A stretch of DNA of 64,000 bases from Candidatus Omnitrophota bacterium (GTDB lineage: Bacteria > Omnitrophota > Gorgyraeia > Gygaellales > Profunditerraquicolaceae), in NCBI GenBank assembly GCA_041650835.1, contig JBAZKL010000002.1:14477-78476 (forward strand). Reading direction: 5' to 3'. The notes beneath the pieces were generated by a model that saw only the letters and a program-made list of their open reading frames with translations, made no database searches and had not been told where the DNA came from. Positions 7,836-18,540 of the stretch are shown piece by piece (positions within the stretch are counted from its first letter, which is position 1; every line of letters begins with the position of its first letter). The translations under genes were made by a program, and so were the position numbers.

Positions 7836-8983
7836 ACGTGCGGGATTCGGAGGTGATCTGCGGACTTTTAAAGAATGCCGGTTTCCAGATCGTCCAGGAA
7901 GAAGATGAAGCAGATGTAGTTATCTTTAATACCTGTTCTGTCCGTCAGCATGCCGAAGATAAGGTTTGGAGCGAAATAGGAAGAATAGCTAAATCGAGAA
8001 AAAAAGATTGCTTCGGCGCAAAAAACGCGCCTCGCAATGACACTCGTTGCGGTTATCCGATTATTGGATTGGTTGGATGCATGGCGCAGAATTATAAAGA
8101 AGCAGCCTTTGACCGCTCTGAATACCTCAATTTTGTCGTGGGGCCGTCAGATATAGATAAGATTCCCGGAATTGTTGCTAAAGTCGCCAGTCGCCAGCCG
8201 TCTGTCACCAGTTCAAATTTATTTGAAACGAAAATCTGGGAGACAGATGGAACTATCAGGCCGGAAGATGTATATCATAGCGGTTTTTATGAAGAAAAAG
8301 ACCACGCCTTTGTCGTTATATCCGAAGGCTGTTCCAATTATTGTTCTTATTGCGTGGTCCCTTTTGTGCGGGGAGAAATACACCATCGTCCGCATAAAGA
8401 GATCATGAATGAAATAAAACAGGCCCTCGATAGGGGGATCAGCCGTATTACGCTCCTGGGGCAGAATGTGAATGCGTATGGATATGAAGATGTTAGTTTC
8501 GTTAAGCTTGTTGAGTTCGTTAATGCCGTGAAAGGATTAAAAGAGTTCAGTTTTATTACGTCGCACCCGAAGGATACTTCGCTTGAGTTATTCAAAGCGA
8601 TGGCTGACCTGGAAAAACTGAAAAAATACCTGCATTTGCCTGTTCAGGCCGGCTCAGACAGGATCCTGAAATTAATGAATCGCGGGTATACTCAGAAATT
8701 TTATCTGGACTTGGCGGATAATTATCGTAGAATTGTAAAGGGTGGCGTATTGACATCTGATATCATTGTCGGCTTCCCTACGGAAACCCGGGAAGAGTTC
8801 CAGGATACCTATGACCTGGTTAAACGCGTAGAATTTAACGCGGCTTATATTTTTAAGTATTCTCCCCGTCCGCATACGCATGCGCAGCACCTGGTTGATG
8901 ATGTCGATAAACAGGAAAAGGCGCGCCGGCATAAGCTGGTTTTAGAGCTGCAGAAGGCGATCTCTAAGAAGGTCAAAAAGTAA
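7736..8983 (+). CDS. miaB: tRNA methylthiotransferase MiaB (no obvious C-terminal TRAM domain)
   Basis: TFGCQMN, NTCSVR, GCMAQ, radical SAM CSNYCSYC, LLGQNVN, DIIVGFP; near miaA. Confidence 0.9.
   Translation: MVENERKDDNTGDSGGKSPKKLRVLLRTFGCQMNVRDSEVICGLLKNAGFQIVQEEDEADVVIFNTCSVRQHAEDKVWSEIGRIAKSRKKDCFGAKNAPRNDTRCGYPIIGLVGCMAQNYKEAAFDRSEYLNFVVGPSDIDKIPGIVAKVASRQPSVTSSNLFETKIWETDGTIRPEDVYHSGFYEEKDHAFVVISEGCSNYCSYCVVPFVRGEIHHRPHKEIMNEIKQALDRGISRITLLGQNVNAYGYEDVSFVKLVEFVNAVKGLKEFSFITSHPKDTSLELFKAMADLEKLKKYLHLPVQAGSDRILKLMNRGYTQKFYLDLADNYRRIVKGGVLTSDIIVGFPTETREEFQDTYDLVKRVEFNAAYIFKYSPRPHTHAQHLVDDVDKQEKARRHKLVLELQKAISKKVKK
8006..8041. repeat. Half of a widespread palindromic element (GATTGCTTCG...CTCGCAATGAC) inserted in frame in miaB
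   Basis: Sequence GATTGCTTCGGCGCAAAAAACGCGCCTCGCAATGAC encodes the extra loop DCFGAKNAPRND. Confidence 0.6.
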
Positions 8984-8997
8984 GGAGCAGGCTTAAC

Positions 8998-9810
8998 GTG
9001 AATAATGTTTTTTTCAATATGCGCGTAAATTTTATGAGTAATTCAAAAACAGCCTTGTTTGTTTTATTCTTTCTGCTTTTGACAAGGGATCTTTCTTTCG
9101 CGCTCAATCTTGAAAAGGTCAAGGTTGATTTTCTAAGCGGGGATTATAAAGCTGCCATTAAAGAGGGTGAAAAGATCCTTGCTGCCGCGGGACACGCCCC
9201 TGATATCGACCAGCTTTATTGCCTGCTTGGGCTTTCTTATTTAAAAGACGGCAATTATCTGCGTTCATCGGATATCTTTGAGATAATCTTAAAGGAATTC
9301 AAGAATAGCCCAACGAGGGAAGAGGCCGGCCTCGGCTTGGGGGATGCTTATTTCTTACAGAAAAATTTCGAAAAAGCGGATGCCTGTTATAGGGATATGC
9401 TCACCATAAAGCCGCAGACCAAGTATAAGGCGGCACTTTTCAGCCGTTTGAGTGAGACAGCATATAAACGCGGCGATGTCGAGAGCGGAAAAAAATTTGC
9501 CGATAAATTAAAGGAAGAATTTCCCCTTAACCTGGAATCGAGCATTGAAAAAGATATTTGCTCATTAGGGGAATTCTCCAGCGGCGCTTTTTACACGGTG
9601 CAGGTCGGCTGTTTTAGCAGCCTGACCAACGCCAATAACCTGCGTAATAAATTAAGCAAAAGCGGCTATGATGCTTTTTCAGAGGTGTCGAGCGTAAAGG
9701 GAAAGCCGCTCTATCGCGTGCGTGTCGGCAAGTTCAGCAAGCGTGATGACGCTGCCGCGTTAGAAAACAAATTGTCTCAAGAAGGATATCCCACTAAGAT
9801 TTCCCCCTAA
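8998..9810 (+). CDS. Exported TPR + SPOR domain protein (start may be 9034)
   Basis: Signal peptide, TPR helices, C-terminal YTVQVGCFSS...YRVRVGKF SPOR motif. Confidence 0.8.
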   Translation: MNNVFFNMRVNFMSNSKTALFVLFFLLLTRDLSFALNLEKVKVDFLSGDYKAAIKEGEKILAAAGHAPDIDQLYCLLGLSYLKDGNYLRSSDIFEIILKEFKNSPTREEAGLGLGDAYFLQKNFEKADACYRDMLTIKPQTKYKAALFSRLSETAYKRGDVESGKKFADKLKEEFPLNLESSIEKDICSLGEFSSGAFYTVQVGCFSSLTNANNLRNKLSKSGYDAFSEVSSVKGKPLYRVRVGKFSKRDDAAALENKLSQEGYPTKISP

Positions 9811-9845
9811 AAACATACATGCCTCATTCGGATCAGCGGCTTCTT

Positions 9846-10766
9846 ATGAAACAAAAGGTGATTTTTATAGTCGGGCCGACCGCTGTTGGGAAGACCGACG
9901 TGGCAGCGCGCATCGCGCTGAAGCTCGGCGGAGAAATAATATCCTGCGATTCAATGCAGGTTTATAAGGGTATGGATATTATTTCTTCCAAGGCAAGTAG
10001 CGTTCTGCGTAAAAAGGTCCCTCATCATCTGCTTGATGTTGTTTCACCGGAAAAAGAATACAACGTTTCTGAATACCGGACAGCCGCGCTCAAGGCGCTC
10101 AGGAGCATCCTTAAGCGTGATAAGGTCCCGATATTCGCCGGAGGGACGGGGCTGTATATGACAATATTGATCGATGGTATTTTTAAGGAGAAGGCGCAAG
10201 ATCAGGGGATCCGTTCCCGCTTATATGCCGACGCTTTGAAACTGGGAAGCGCGGCTTTACACGAAAGGTTAGCGCTCGTTGATCCGGAGGCGGCGGGCAG
10301 GATCCATCCGAATGATACCAAGAGGGTCGTCCGCGCGTTGGAAGTGTTCGAGTCAACGGGTAAGCCGATCTCATTGCTGCAGAAAAAACGCCGCGGGCTC
10401 TGCGATACCTATGATGTAAGGATCTTTTGCCTGAATATGGGGCGCAAGGAGCTATATCGAAGGATCGATGAACGGGTAGAGAGAATGTTTAAAAAAGGGT
10501 TGATGGACGAAGTCATCTCGCTTTTGCGATTAAAATTGAGTAAGACCGCAGTTTACGCTATCGGGATAAATGAGCTGAAAGATCATCTCGCGGGCTTGTC
10601 TTCATTAGATGAGGCAGTAGCCTTGATGCAGAAAAACAGCCGTAATTACGCCAAAAGGCAGTTGACCTGGTTTCGTAAGGACAGGCGTATCCGGTGGGTT
10701 GAGGTTGGAGATGAAGAACGACCGGAGCGGGTAGCTCAGAGGATATTGAAGGAGTTGAAGAGTTAA
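9846..10766 (+). CDS. miaA: tRNA dimethylallyltransferase
   Basis: GPTAVGKT, DSMQVYKGMDI, GGTGLY, RNYAKRQLTWFR. Confidence 0.95.
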   Translation: MKQKVIFIVGPTAVGKTDVAARIALKLGGEIISCDSMQVYKGMDIISSKASSVLRKKVPHHLLDVVSPEKEYNVSEYRTAALKALRSILKRDKVPIFAGGTGLYMTILIDGIFKEKAQDQGIRSRLYADALKLGSAALHERLALVDPEAAGRIHPNDTKRVVRALEVFESTGKPISLLQKKRRGLCDTYDVRIFCLNMGRKELYRRIDERVERMFKKGLMDEVISLLRLKLSKTAVYAIGINELKDHLAGLSSLDEAVALMQKNSRNYAKRQLTWFRKDRRIRWVEVGDEERPERVAQRILKELKS

Positions 10767-10819
10767 ACAGGTTATCCGGTTTTCGGGTATCCGAGAGTGT
10801 TGATAACGAAAGAGAGACT

Positions 10820-12079
10820 ATGGAAAAAGTATTGCTGGTGACCATAAAGTTGAAATCGGATAGAAGCAATTGGGGCGTTGACGATATTATCGAGGAAATG
10901 GAAGAGTTGACCTTGACCTGCGGCGCTGAAATAATCGATAATGTGACCGCGGTCATTGAAAAGCCGACGCCTAATCTTTTTGTCGGCAAGGGTAAGACGG
11001 ATGAAATTGCCATGCTTTGCGCTGAATTAGGGATAGACACCGTGGTTTTCAGCTGCGACCTCTCGGGAACGCAGCAGCGTAACCTGGAAGAGGTGCTGGG
11101 CAGGAAAACAATCGACCGCACGCAGCTGATCCTGCATATATTTGCCAAGCACGCGCACAGCCCTGAAGGGAAGATGCAGGTCGAGCTGGCTCAACTGCAG
11201 TATATGCTTCCCCGGCTCATCGGTAAAGGCATTATCCTTTCCCGTATGGGCGGCGGTATCGGCACAAGCGGGCCCGGCGAACAGAAGCTTGAGGTCGACC
11301 GCAGGCGTATCAGGAAGAAGATCGATAAACTCAAGAATGATTTGAGCGGCTTTTCTCAGCACCGCCAGACGATCAGAAAAAAAAGAAAAGATAATGCTGT
11401 CCCGACAATCGCGCTGGTCGGATACACCAACGCCGGGAAATCCACGCTTTTAAACGCGCTGACCGGCGCGAGCCAGGTTGTCGCCAACAGCTTGTTCACG
11501 ACCCTGGATACATTGTCGAAAAAACTGGTTTTGCCCAATGGCGAGCAGGTTATTCTTTCCGATACGGTCGGATTCCTGCAGCATCTGCCGCATCATCTTA
11601 TTGAAGCTTTTAAGGCAACGCTTGAAGAAGTTGTCGACGCCGACCTGTTGATCCATGTTCTGGATGTAAGCCATCCGCGCGTTTATGAACACCATGAGTC
11701 CGTGGTCGAAGTTTTAAAGGAGTTGAAAGCCGATAGCAGGCCACTGATAACCGCTTTAAATAAAATTGACCTGCTTGACGATAAGGCGTGGCTGGAAAAA
11801 CTCAAAAATGATTTTGTTAACGCGATCGCGATATCCGCGACTTCCAAGGCAAACTTTGAGCTTTTATTCCTTGAGATCGAGAAGAATTTTGCTTCCAAGA
11901 TGGTTTGTGCCGATTTAAAGATCCCGAATAGCAGGATGGACCTGGTCAATCTTTTTTATAAGGAAGCGCGAGTTGAAAAGATCAAATATTCAGCTGATTC
12001 TATTTTGGTATCGTTAACAATATCAAAGATCCTTTATCATAAACTGCTTCAAGATAATGATGTTACGTTAATCAGTTAG
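10820..12079 (+). CDS. hflX: GTPase HflX
   Basis: GPGEQKLEVDRR, GYTNAGKSTL, LFTTLD, DTVGF, NKID. Confidence 0.95.
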   Translation: MEKVLLVTIKLKSDRSNWGVDDIIEEMEELTLTCGAEIIDNVTAVIEKPTPNLFVGKGKTDEIAMLCAELGIDTVVFSCDLSGTQQRNLEEVLGRKTIDRTQLILHIFAKHAHSPEGKMQVELAQLQYMLPRLIGKGIILSRMGGGIGTSGPGEQKLEVDRRRIRKKIDKLKNDLSGFSQHRQTIRKKRKDNAVPTIALVGYTNAGKSTLLNALTGASQVVANSLFTTLDTLSKKLVLPNGEQVILSDTVGFLQHLPHHLIEAFKATLEEVVDADLLIHVLDVSHPRVYEHHESVVEVLKELKADSRPLITALNKIDLLDDKAWLEKLKNDFVNAIAISATSKANFELLFLEIEKNFASKMVCADLKIPNSRMDLVNLFYKEARVEKIKYSADSILVSLTISKILYHKLLQDNDVTLIS

Positions 12080-12167
12080 AATATCTAATTATTTCTATTA
12101 AAAATGCTTGACAAGATATTAGTTTTATGTTAGATATATATTGAGGATAGAAAAGAGGAGGGTCACG

Positions 12168-12431
12168 ATGGGAACCTTTGATATTTACATCAGCCCTGAT
12201 GAACCGGTATATGTGATCAGCGTGGTGAGCAAACTGGTGAGCTTACCGGTGTGGACACTGCGCCAGCTTGATAAGGTGGGAGTGGTGAGGCCGCATCGTA
12301 TCGGCAAGAAAAGCCGGCTTTATTCATTGAAAGATGTTAAGAGGCTTGAATATATACATTATCTAATGGAAGAAAAACACGTGAATATAAGCGGGATCAA
12401 GTTGATACTTGAATTGGAAATAAAAGAATAG
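12168..12431 (+). CDS. MerR-family regulator, HspR-like
   Basis: DEPVYVISVVSKLV...TLRQLD...RLYSLKDVKRL...VNISGIK; directly upstream of clpB. Confidence 0.75.
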   Translation: MGTFDIYISPDEPVYVISVVSKLVSLPVWTLRQLDKVGVVRPHRIGKKSRLYSLKDVKRLEYIHYLMEEKHVNISGIKLILELEIKE

Positions 12432-12449
12432 ATTTTTTTTGTTTTGTTA

Positions 12450-12476
12450 TTAGCACTCATGCATGTTGAGTGCTAA
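12450..12476. promoter_or_regulatory. CIRCE operator (HrcA site) upstream of clpB
   Basis: Perfect TTAGCACTC-N9-GAGTGCTAA. Confidence 0.95.
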
Positions 12477-12523
12477 TTAACGGATGAATTTAAAGGGGCG
12501 CTTTATAAAAAGAGAGGCAATAC

Positions 12524-15139
12524 ATGAGATCAGATAAGTTTACTGCTAAGTTACAGGAAGCGTTTCAGGACGCGGTAAGCCTGGCTACGGAATCGAACCA
12601 TCAACAGGTGGAGCCGGAGCATTTGTTCCTGATCCTATTGAAACAGGAGGACAGTATTATCGCCTCTGTTTTGAACGCGTTGGGCATACAGGCAGGCTCT
12701 TTTGTTAAATTGATCGAGGAGGAGCTGCAAAAGAAGCCTACGGTCAGCGGCGGGAACGCGCAGATCTATTTTTCTCCCCGGACTAACAAGTTGTTTAACG
12801 CGGCGAACAAGGAAGCGAATTTCCTGAAGGATGAATACATTTCCGCGGAGCATTTATTGCTGGCGGTTTTATCCGACCAGGAGGCGGTAGTGGCCAGGGA
12901 ACTTAAAAAAGCAGGCATTAATAAAGAAAAGATATTGGCCGCGTTGACGGATATACGCGGAAGCCATCGTATTACCGATGACACTCCGGAAGAGAAGTTT
13001 AAGGCCCTGGAAAAGTACGGGCAGGACCTTACCCTGCTTGCCGAGCAGATGAAGCTTGACCCGGTGATCGGCAGGGACAAAGAGATCAGGCGTTTGATGC
13101 AGGTTTTATCCCGGCGCACCAAGAATAACCCGGTTTTGATAGGGGATGCCGGAGTGGGGAAGACCGCTATTGTTGAAGGTTTGGCGCAGCGTATTACTTC
13201 TAAAGATGTTCCGGAGGGATTGAAGAATAAGCGCATTGTAGCCCTCGATCTCGGAAGCCTTGTCGCCGGCACTAAATTCAGAGGCGAGTTTGAGAACCGG
13301 CTTAAGGCTGTGTTGCGCGAGATACAAAGCAAGAACGGCCAGATAATCCTTTTTATTGACGAGATCCATACCATTGTCGGCGCGGGCGCCGCGGAAGGGG
13401 CTATTGATGCTTCGAATATGCTCAAGCCGCTCCTGGCGCGCGGACAGCTGCGTTGCATAGGCGCGACAACGCTTGATGAATACAGGAAATATGTTGAAAA
13501 AGACAAGGCTTTGGAGAGAAGGTTCCAGAGTATTTTTGTAGGTGAGCCCTCTGTCCAGGATACGGTGGCGATCCTGCGCGGTTTGAAAGAAAAGTACGAG
13601 GTGCATCACGGGGTGCGGATACTGGATTCCGCGTTGATCGCGGCGGCAACGCTTTCCGACCGCTATATTACCGACAGGAACCTTCCCGATAAGGCGGTGG
13701 ACCTGATTGATGAGGCTGCTTCCCGGCTGCGTATTGAAATAGACAGTATGCCGGTAGAGATCGATGTGGTCCAGAGAAAGATCATTCAGCTTGAGATCGA
13801 ACGCCAGGCTTTAAAAAAGGAAAAAGATAAACTGTCCCTGGCGCGTTTGAAGAAGATCGAACAGGAACTGGATGATCTGAATAAGGAGATAAATATTAAG
13901 AAGCAGCATTGGGAAAAAGAAAAAGCGATCATACTTAAGATCAAGGATGTCCAGTCTAAAACAGAAGAGCTTAAGAATGAAGCCGCCGCCGCGGAGAAGG
14001 TCGGCGATCTGGATAAGGTCGCTGAGATCAAATACGGCAGGCTGGTGGCGCTGGATAATGAATTGAAGAGGCATAATGAACAGCTTAAGGAGACGCAGAA
14101 AACCGTCAGCATGCTGCGCCAGGAGATAGGCGATGATGATATCGCTGAAGTGGTCGCGGAATGGACCGGTATCCCTTTGACCAGGCTTAAGGAAGCCGAG
14201 ACCGCGAAATTAGTGAAAATGGAAGAGCGCTTAAAGACAAAGGTTATCGGACAGGACCAGGCGATCGAGTCTATCGCTCATTGCGTCAGGCGGTCCCGTT
14301 CGGGTTTGTCCGACGAATCGCATCCTATGGGGTCATTTATTTTTATGGGCCCGACCGGTGTCGGCAAGACAAAGCTGGCAAAGACGCTTGCCTGGTTCTT
14401 GTTTGACGACGAAGAGGCGATGGTGCGCATCGACATGTCGGAATATATGGAGAAATTCAGTGTTTCCCGGCTGGTGGGAGCGCCTCCCGGCTATGTCGGT
14501 TACGAGGAAGGAGGGCAGTTAACGGAAAAAGTAAGGAGAAGGCCCTATTCGGTCGTGCTTTTTGATGAGATCGAAAAGGCGCATCCGGAAGTCTTTAATC
14601 TTATGCTTCAGATATTGGACGAAGGTAAGATCACTGACAGCCAGGGCAGGGTGGTTAATTTCCGCAATACCGTTATTATTATGACGTCGAATATCGGAGC
14701 GGAGATCATCCATCAGCATAATTTGATCGGGTTCAACGGCAAGAAGCAGGCATTGAATTTTGAAGATATGAAGTCCGGCCTTCTTGCCGAAGTCAAGAAA
14801 TTCTTCCGTCCTGAATTCCTGAACCGGATAGATGAGATAATCGTTTTTAATCCGTTAAGGAAAGAGGAAATGGGGAAAATCGTCGATATCGAATTGGAAC
14901 CGGTGATCAGGCGTTTAGCGAACCAGGGGATACGTTTGGAAGTGACTTCCAAGGCAAAGGAATTTCTGGTGCAGAATGGTTTTGATATCAATTTCGGCGC
15001 CAGGCCTTTGAAACGCACGATCCAGAAGTACATCCAGAACCCTCTTTCGCTTAAAATACTTGATGGAACGCTCAAGGAGGGAGAGGTAGTAATAGCTGAT
15101 TTTGACACGGCTAAAACCATCATTTTCCGAAAGGGTTAG
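12524..15139 (+). CDS. clpB: Chaperone ClpB
   Basis: Two AAA modules ([16 protein letters not shown]), coiled-coil M domain, GAPPGYVGY. Confidence 0.95.
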   Translation: MRSDKFTAKLQEAFQDAVSLATESNHQQVEPEHLFLILLKQEDSIIASVLNALGIQAGSFVKLIEEELQKKPTVSGGNAQIYFSPRTNKLFNAANKEANFLKDEYISAEHLLLAVLSDQEAVVARELKKAGINKEKILAALTDIRGSHRITDDTPEEKFKALEKYGQDLTLLAEQMKLDPVIGRDKEIRRLMQVLSRRTKNNPVLIGDAGVGKTAIVEGLAQRITSKDVPEGLKNKRIVALDLGSLVAGTKFRGEFENRLKAVLREIQSKNGQIILFIDEIHTIVGAGAAEGAIDASNMLKPLLARGQLRCIGATTLDEYRKYVEKDKALERRFQSIFVGEPSVQDTVAILRGLKEKYEVHHGVRILDSALIAAATLSDRYITDRNLPDKAVDLIDEAASRLRIEIDSMPVEIDVVQRKIIQLEIERQALKKEKDKLSLARLKKIEQELDDLNKEINIKKQHWEKEKAIILKIKDVQSKTEELKNEAAAAEKVGDLDKVAEIKYGRLVALDNELKRHNEQLKETQKTVSMLRQEIGDDDIAEVVAEWTGIPLTRLKEAETAKLVKMEERLKTKVIGQDQAIESIAHCVRRSRSGLSDESHPMGSFIFMGPTGVGKTKLAKTLAWFLFDDEEAMVRIDMSEYMEKFSVSRLVGAPPGYVGYEEGGQLTEKVRRRPYSVVLFDEIEKAHPEVFNLMLQILDEGKITDSQGRVVNFRNTVIIMTSNIGAEIIHQHNLIGFNGKKQALNFEDMKSGLLAEVKKFFRPEFLNRIDEIIVFNPLRKEEMGKIVDIELEPVIRRLANQGIRLEVTSKAKEFLVQNGFDINFGARPLKRTIQKYIQNPLSLKILDGTLKEGEVVIADFDTAKTIIFRKG

Positions 15140-15166
15140 TGGGTAAGAAATAATTGCGTGTAAGAG

Positions 15167-15194
15167 TTGACATATAAATAAAATATGTTAAAAT
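15167..15194 (+). promoter_or_regulatory. Sigma70 promoter of the hrcA operon
   Basis: TTGACA-N16-TAAAAT with extended -10 TG. Confidence 0.75.
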
Positions 15195-15200
15195 TATGGT

Positions 15201-15227
15201 TTAGCATTCTAGGGTAGAGAGTGCTAA
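15201..15227. promoter_or_regulatory. CIRCE operator upstream of hrcA
   Basis: TTAGCATTC-N9-GAGTGCTAA (one mismatch). Confidence 0.9.
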
Positions 15228-15240
15228 AACGAGGTGAAAA

Positions 15241-15978
15241 ATGGTAAAAGTCGTTGATTATGAATCACGCAGAAGGGCGATCTTATCGGCAACGATAAAC
15301 AAGTATATCAGCGCGGGTATTCCCGTTGCCTCTGATGAGATTGCCTGTGATTTTGACTTGAGTTCGGCTACGGTCCGCAATATTTTCGGCGAATTGGAGA
15401 AAGCCGGCTACCTGACTCATCCGCATACTTCGGGAGGAAGGGTTCCGACCAATAAAGGGTATCGGTATTACGTGGATTTCCTGGTCTCTCAGATAGACCT
15501 GCTTGATGAGGAAAAAGAACGCGTTATCAAAGGGTATAAAATAGAGGTCAGGCAGTTAGCGGATGTTTTAGAGAAGACCTCTGAAGTGATATCCGTGATC
15601 ACGCATCATGCCGGTATCGTATCGTTCCTTGAATGGCAGGATAAGCTCTTCTATAAAGGAATAAGCTATGTTTTAAGCCAGCCGGAATTCCAGAATCTCG
15701 AGCGGATACGCTTTTTGATCAAGATCATAGAAGATAAACAGCGGTTACTGGATATCATCAACCAGAGCTTCAGCGATAAGGTCAAGATATATATAGGAGA
15801 AGAGCTTGGGTGCGAGGAGATCGACGGCTGTTCGTTAGTCGTCGCTACCTACCAGGTGCGCAGGAAACCAGTGGGAAGGCTCGCGGTCCTCGGGCCCAAA
15901 CGGATGGAATATAACCATATAATTCCCGCGCTGGAATATATAGCGGGAGTTTTAACCGATGTTTTAGATGATTTTTAG
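15241..15978 (+). CDS. hrcA: Heat-inducible repressor HrcA (short form)
   Basis: SSATVRN, PHTSGGRVPT.KGYRYYVD, GRLAVLGPKRMEY; preceded by CIRCE. Confidence 0.9.
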   Translation: MVKVVDYESRRRAILSATINKYISAGIPVASDEIACDFDLSSATVRNIFGELEKAGYLTHPHTSGGRVPTNKGYRYYVDFLVSQIDLLDEEKERVIKGYKIEVRQLADVLEKTSEVISVITHHAGIVSFLEWQDKLFYKGISYVLSQPEFQNLERIRFLIKIIEDKQRLLDIINQSFSDKVKIYIGEELGCEEIDGCSLVVATYQVRRKPVGRLAVLGPKRMEYNHIIPALEYIAGVLTDVLDDF

Positions 15979-15988
15979 AAAGAAAGAT

Positions 15989-16597
15989 ATGGATAATAAC
16001 AAGCATAGTCATAAAGAAGCCGATAAGGCGCCTGAAAAACCGAAAGAAGATCATGATGGCGGAAAAGAAAGGTCCGTCATTATTCCCGAAGCAGAGTACG
16101 CCTTGCTTAAGGAGGATGCCGCTAAAGGACAGGAGGCCTGGGATAAGATGGTCAGGGTGCAGGCGGATTTTGATAATGTCCGTAAGCGCCTGGAACGTGA
16201 AAAACAGGAGTTCGTTAAATTCGCCAATGAAGGCATCATCGCCGAGTTATTAAATACCCTTGATGACCTTGAACGGGCGGTAGATCTCGCGGAATCCAAG
16301 CATCAGGATATGCCCGCGTTCTTAAAAGGCATTGAGATGGTTTTGGCGCATTTGTACGAGTTGTTGAAAAAACACGGAATTAAGCCGATGGATGCTTTAG
16401 GCAAGGCCTTCGACCCGAATTGTCATGAAGCATTGATGCAGGTCGAAGATAAAAATATGCCGGAGCATACCGTTGTGGAAGAATTGCAAAAAGGGTATTA
16501 TTTGAACGAACGGGTCATACGAACGGCTAAAGTGAAGGTCAGTAAGCAGAAAGCGGAAGAAAAGACCGAAGATAAAGAGGAAAAGAAAGAAAAATAG
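15989..16597 (+). CDS. grpE: Nucleotide exchange factor GrpE
   Basis: [37 protein letters not shown]. Confidence 0.95.
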   Translation: MDNNKHSHKEADKAPEKPKEDHDGGKERSVIIPEAEYALLKEDAAKGQEAWDKMVRVQADFDNVRKRLEREKQEFVKFANEGIIAELLNTLDDLERAVDLAESKHQDMPAFLKGIEMVLAHLYELLKKHGIKPMDALGKAFDPNCHEALMQVEDKNMPEHTVVEELQKGYYLNERVIRTAKVKVSKQKAEEKTEDKEEKKEK

Positions 16598-16640
16598 GGT
16601 TTCTCTAAACAAAGATTTAAGGAGCTCAAGGAGGTGTGTC

Positions 16641-18527
16641 ATGGCTAAAGTAATAGGAATAGACTTAGGGACTTCAAATTCAGCCGCGGCTGTCATGGAA
16701 GGCGGCAGGCCGGTGATTATACCGTCTGCTGAAGGAGCCGGTGTTGCTTCCGGTAAAGCGTTCCCTTCATATGTCGCTTTTACCAAGGATAACCAGCGGT
16801 TAGTCGGTGAGCCGGCGCGGCGCCAGGCGGCAATTAATGCCGAAGGCACCATTCAGGCCGCCAAGCGCAAAATGGGCAGTGATTATAAATTCAAGGTATA
16901 TGGAAAAGAGTATACCCCCCAGCAGATCTCCGCGTTTATTTTGCAGAAGATCAAACAGGACGCGGAAAACTATCTGGGAGATAAAGTTGAAGAAGTTGTT
17001 ATTACCTGTCCTGCTTATTTTGACGATAACCAGCGGACCGCGACAAAAGACGCCGGAGAGATAGCCGGCCTTAAAGTACTGCGTATCATTAACGAGCCGA
17101 CCGCGGCTTGTTTGGCCTATGGCTTGGAAAAATCGCAGAAAGAGCAGAAGATCATGGTCTTTGACTTAGGCGGCGGGACCCTGGATGTTACGGTCATGGA
17201 AATGGCGCAGGGAGTTTTTGAAGTGAAGACCACGCACGGCGATACCCAGTTGGGCGGTACCGATATGGATAATACCATGATCGAATATATCACCGGCCAA
17301 TTCAAAAAGGAAACAGGCATCGATTTAAAGAACGATAAAATGGCGGTACAGCGCGTGCGTGAAGCAGCCGAGAAGGCAAAGATCGAATTGTCTTCCACGG
17401 TGACAACGGACCTTAATTTGCCGTTTATCACCGCGGATGCTACCGGCCCGAAGCATCTGACCATGTCTATTACCCGCGCGAAGCTGGAAGAATTGGTCAG
17501 CCCGATTATCGACCGTTGCCGTAAGCCCATGGAAGAAGCGTTGAAAGACGCTAAACTTACCGCCCGCGATATCGACAGGATCATTATGGTCGGCGGACCG
17601 ACCAGAATGCCGGTCGTCCAGAAGTTTGTGGAAGAATATGTCGGTAAAAAGATCGAACGCGGCGTAGACCCTATGGAATGCGTCGCATTAGGGGCTGCTA
17701 TACAGGCGGCGATCATTAAAGGCGATATGAAAGACGTGCTTTTGCTTGATGTTACGCCGTTATCGCTGGGTATTGAGACTTTAGGCGGGGTCAGCACGAA
17801 GCTTATTGAAAGAAATACGACCATTCCGACCAAAAAGAGCCAGGTTTTCTCGACGGCCGCCGATAACCAGACCGCGGTGACTATCCGCGTGCTGCAGGGC
17901 GAGCGCCAGATGGCTAACGATAACGTGGAGCTGGGAAGCTTCGACCTGGTCGGTATTCCCGCGGCGCCGCGCGGCATTCCGCAGATCGAAGTCGGCTTCG
18001 ATATCGACGCCAACGGTATCGTCCATGTTTCGGCAAAGGACCGGGGCACCGGGAAAGAGCAGTCGATACGGATAACCGCCCCGAAAAAGCTTTCGAAAGA
18101 AGAGATCGATAAGATGGTCAAAGACGCTGAGAAATTCGCCGCGGAAGATACCAAGAAGAAAGAAGAGATCGAAATCGTCAATCAGGCGGATACCATGGTT
18201 TATTCCACTGAAAAATCCCTGAAGGAATACGGGGATAAGGTAAGCCAGGCGGAGCGCGTTGAAATTGAAGCAAAGCTTAATGACCTGAAAACGGCCATTA
18301 AAGATAAACATGTTGAACGGATCAAAAAGTCAATGGAGGATCTGACAAAATCAGCTCATAAATTGGCTGAAGAGATATATAAACAGGCTGCGGCCAAGCA
18401 ACAGCAGTCCCAGCAGGAACAGCCCGGGAAAGCGGATCCTCAAGCCGGCCCTTCGGAAGAAGAACCTAAAAAGAAGGAAGAGGATATAATCGACGCTGAT
18501 TTTAAAGAGGAAGACGATAAGAAATAA
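16641..18527 (+). CDS. dnaK: Chaperone DnaK
   Basis: [37 protein letters not shown]. Confidence 0.97.
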   Translation: MAKVIGIDLGTSNSAAAVMEGGRPVIIPSAEGAGVASGKAFPSYVAFTKDNQRLVGEPARRQAAINAEGTIQAAKRKMGSDYKFKVYGKEYTPQQISAFILQKIKQDAENYLGDKVEEVVITCPAYFDDNQRTATKDAGEIAGLKVLRIINEPTAACLAYGLEKSQKEQKIMVFDLGGGTLDVTVMEMAQGVFEVKTTHGDTQLGGTDMDNTMIEYITGQFKKETGIDLKNDKMAVQRVREAAEKAKIELSSTVTTDLNLPFITADATGPKHLTMSITRAKLEELVSPIIDRCRKPMEEALKDAKLTARDIDRIIMVGGPTRMPVVQKFVEEYVGKKIERGVDPMECVALGAAIQAAIIKGDMKDVLLLDVTPLSLGIETLGGVSTKLIERNTTIPTKKSQVFSTAADNQTAVTIRVLQGERQMANDNVELGSFDLVGIPAAPRGIPQIEVGFDIDANGIVHVSAKDRGTGKEQSIRITAPKKLSKEEIDKMVKDAEKFAAEDTKKKEEIEIVNQADTMVYSTEKSLKEYGDKVSQAERVEIEAKLNDLKTAIKDKHVERIKKSMEDLTKSAHKLAEEIYKQAAAKQQQSQQEQPGKADPQAGPSEEEPKKKEEDIIDADFKEEDDKK

Positions 18528-18540
18528 TTTTGGAGGACAA

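Noticed and set aside
10767-10819. Absence of hfq between miaA and hflX
   Set aside because: Common outside Proteobacteria and some Firmicutes; not unusual
12766-13506. 246-aa minus-strand ORF, and similar ones at 3556-4158, 51686-52561 and 63403-63981
   Set aside because: Antisense to well-supported genes; no motifs
17117-18181. 354-aa minus-strand ORF
   Set aside because: Antisense shadow of dnaK, a well-known artefact
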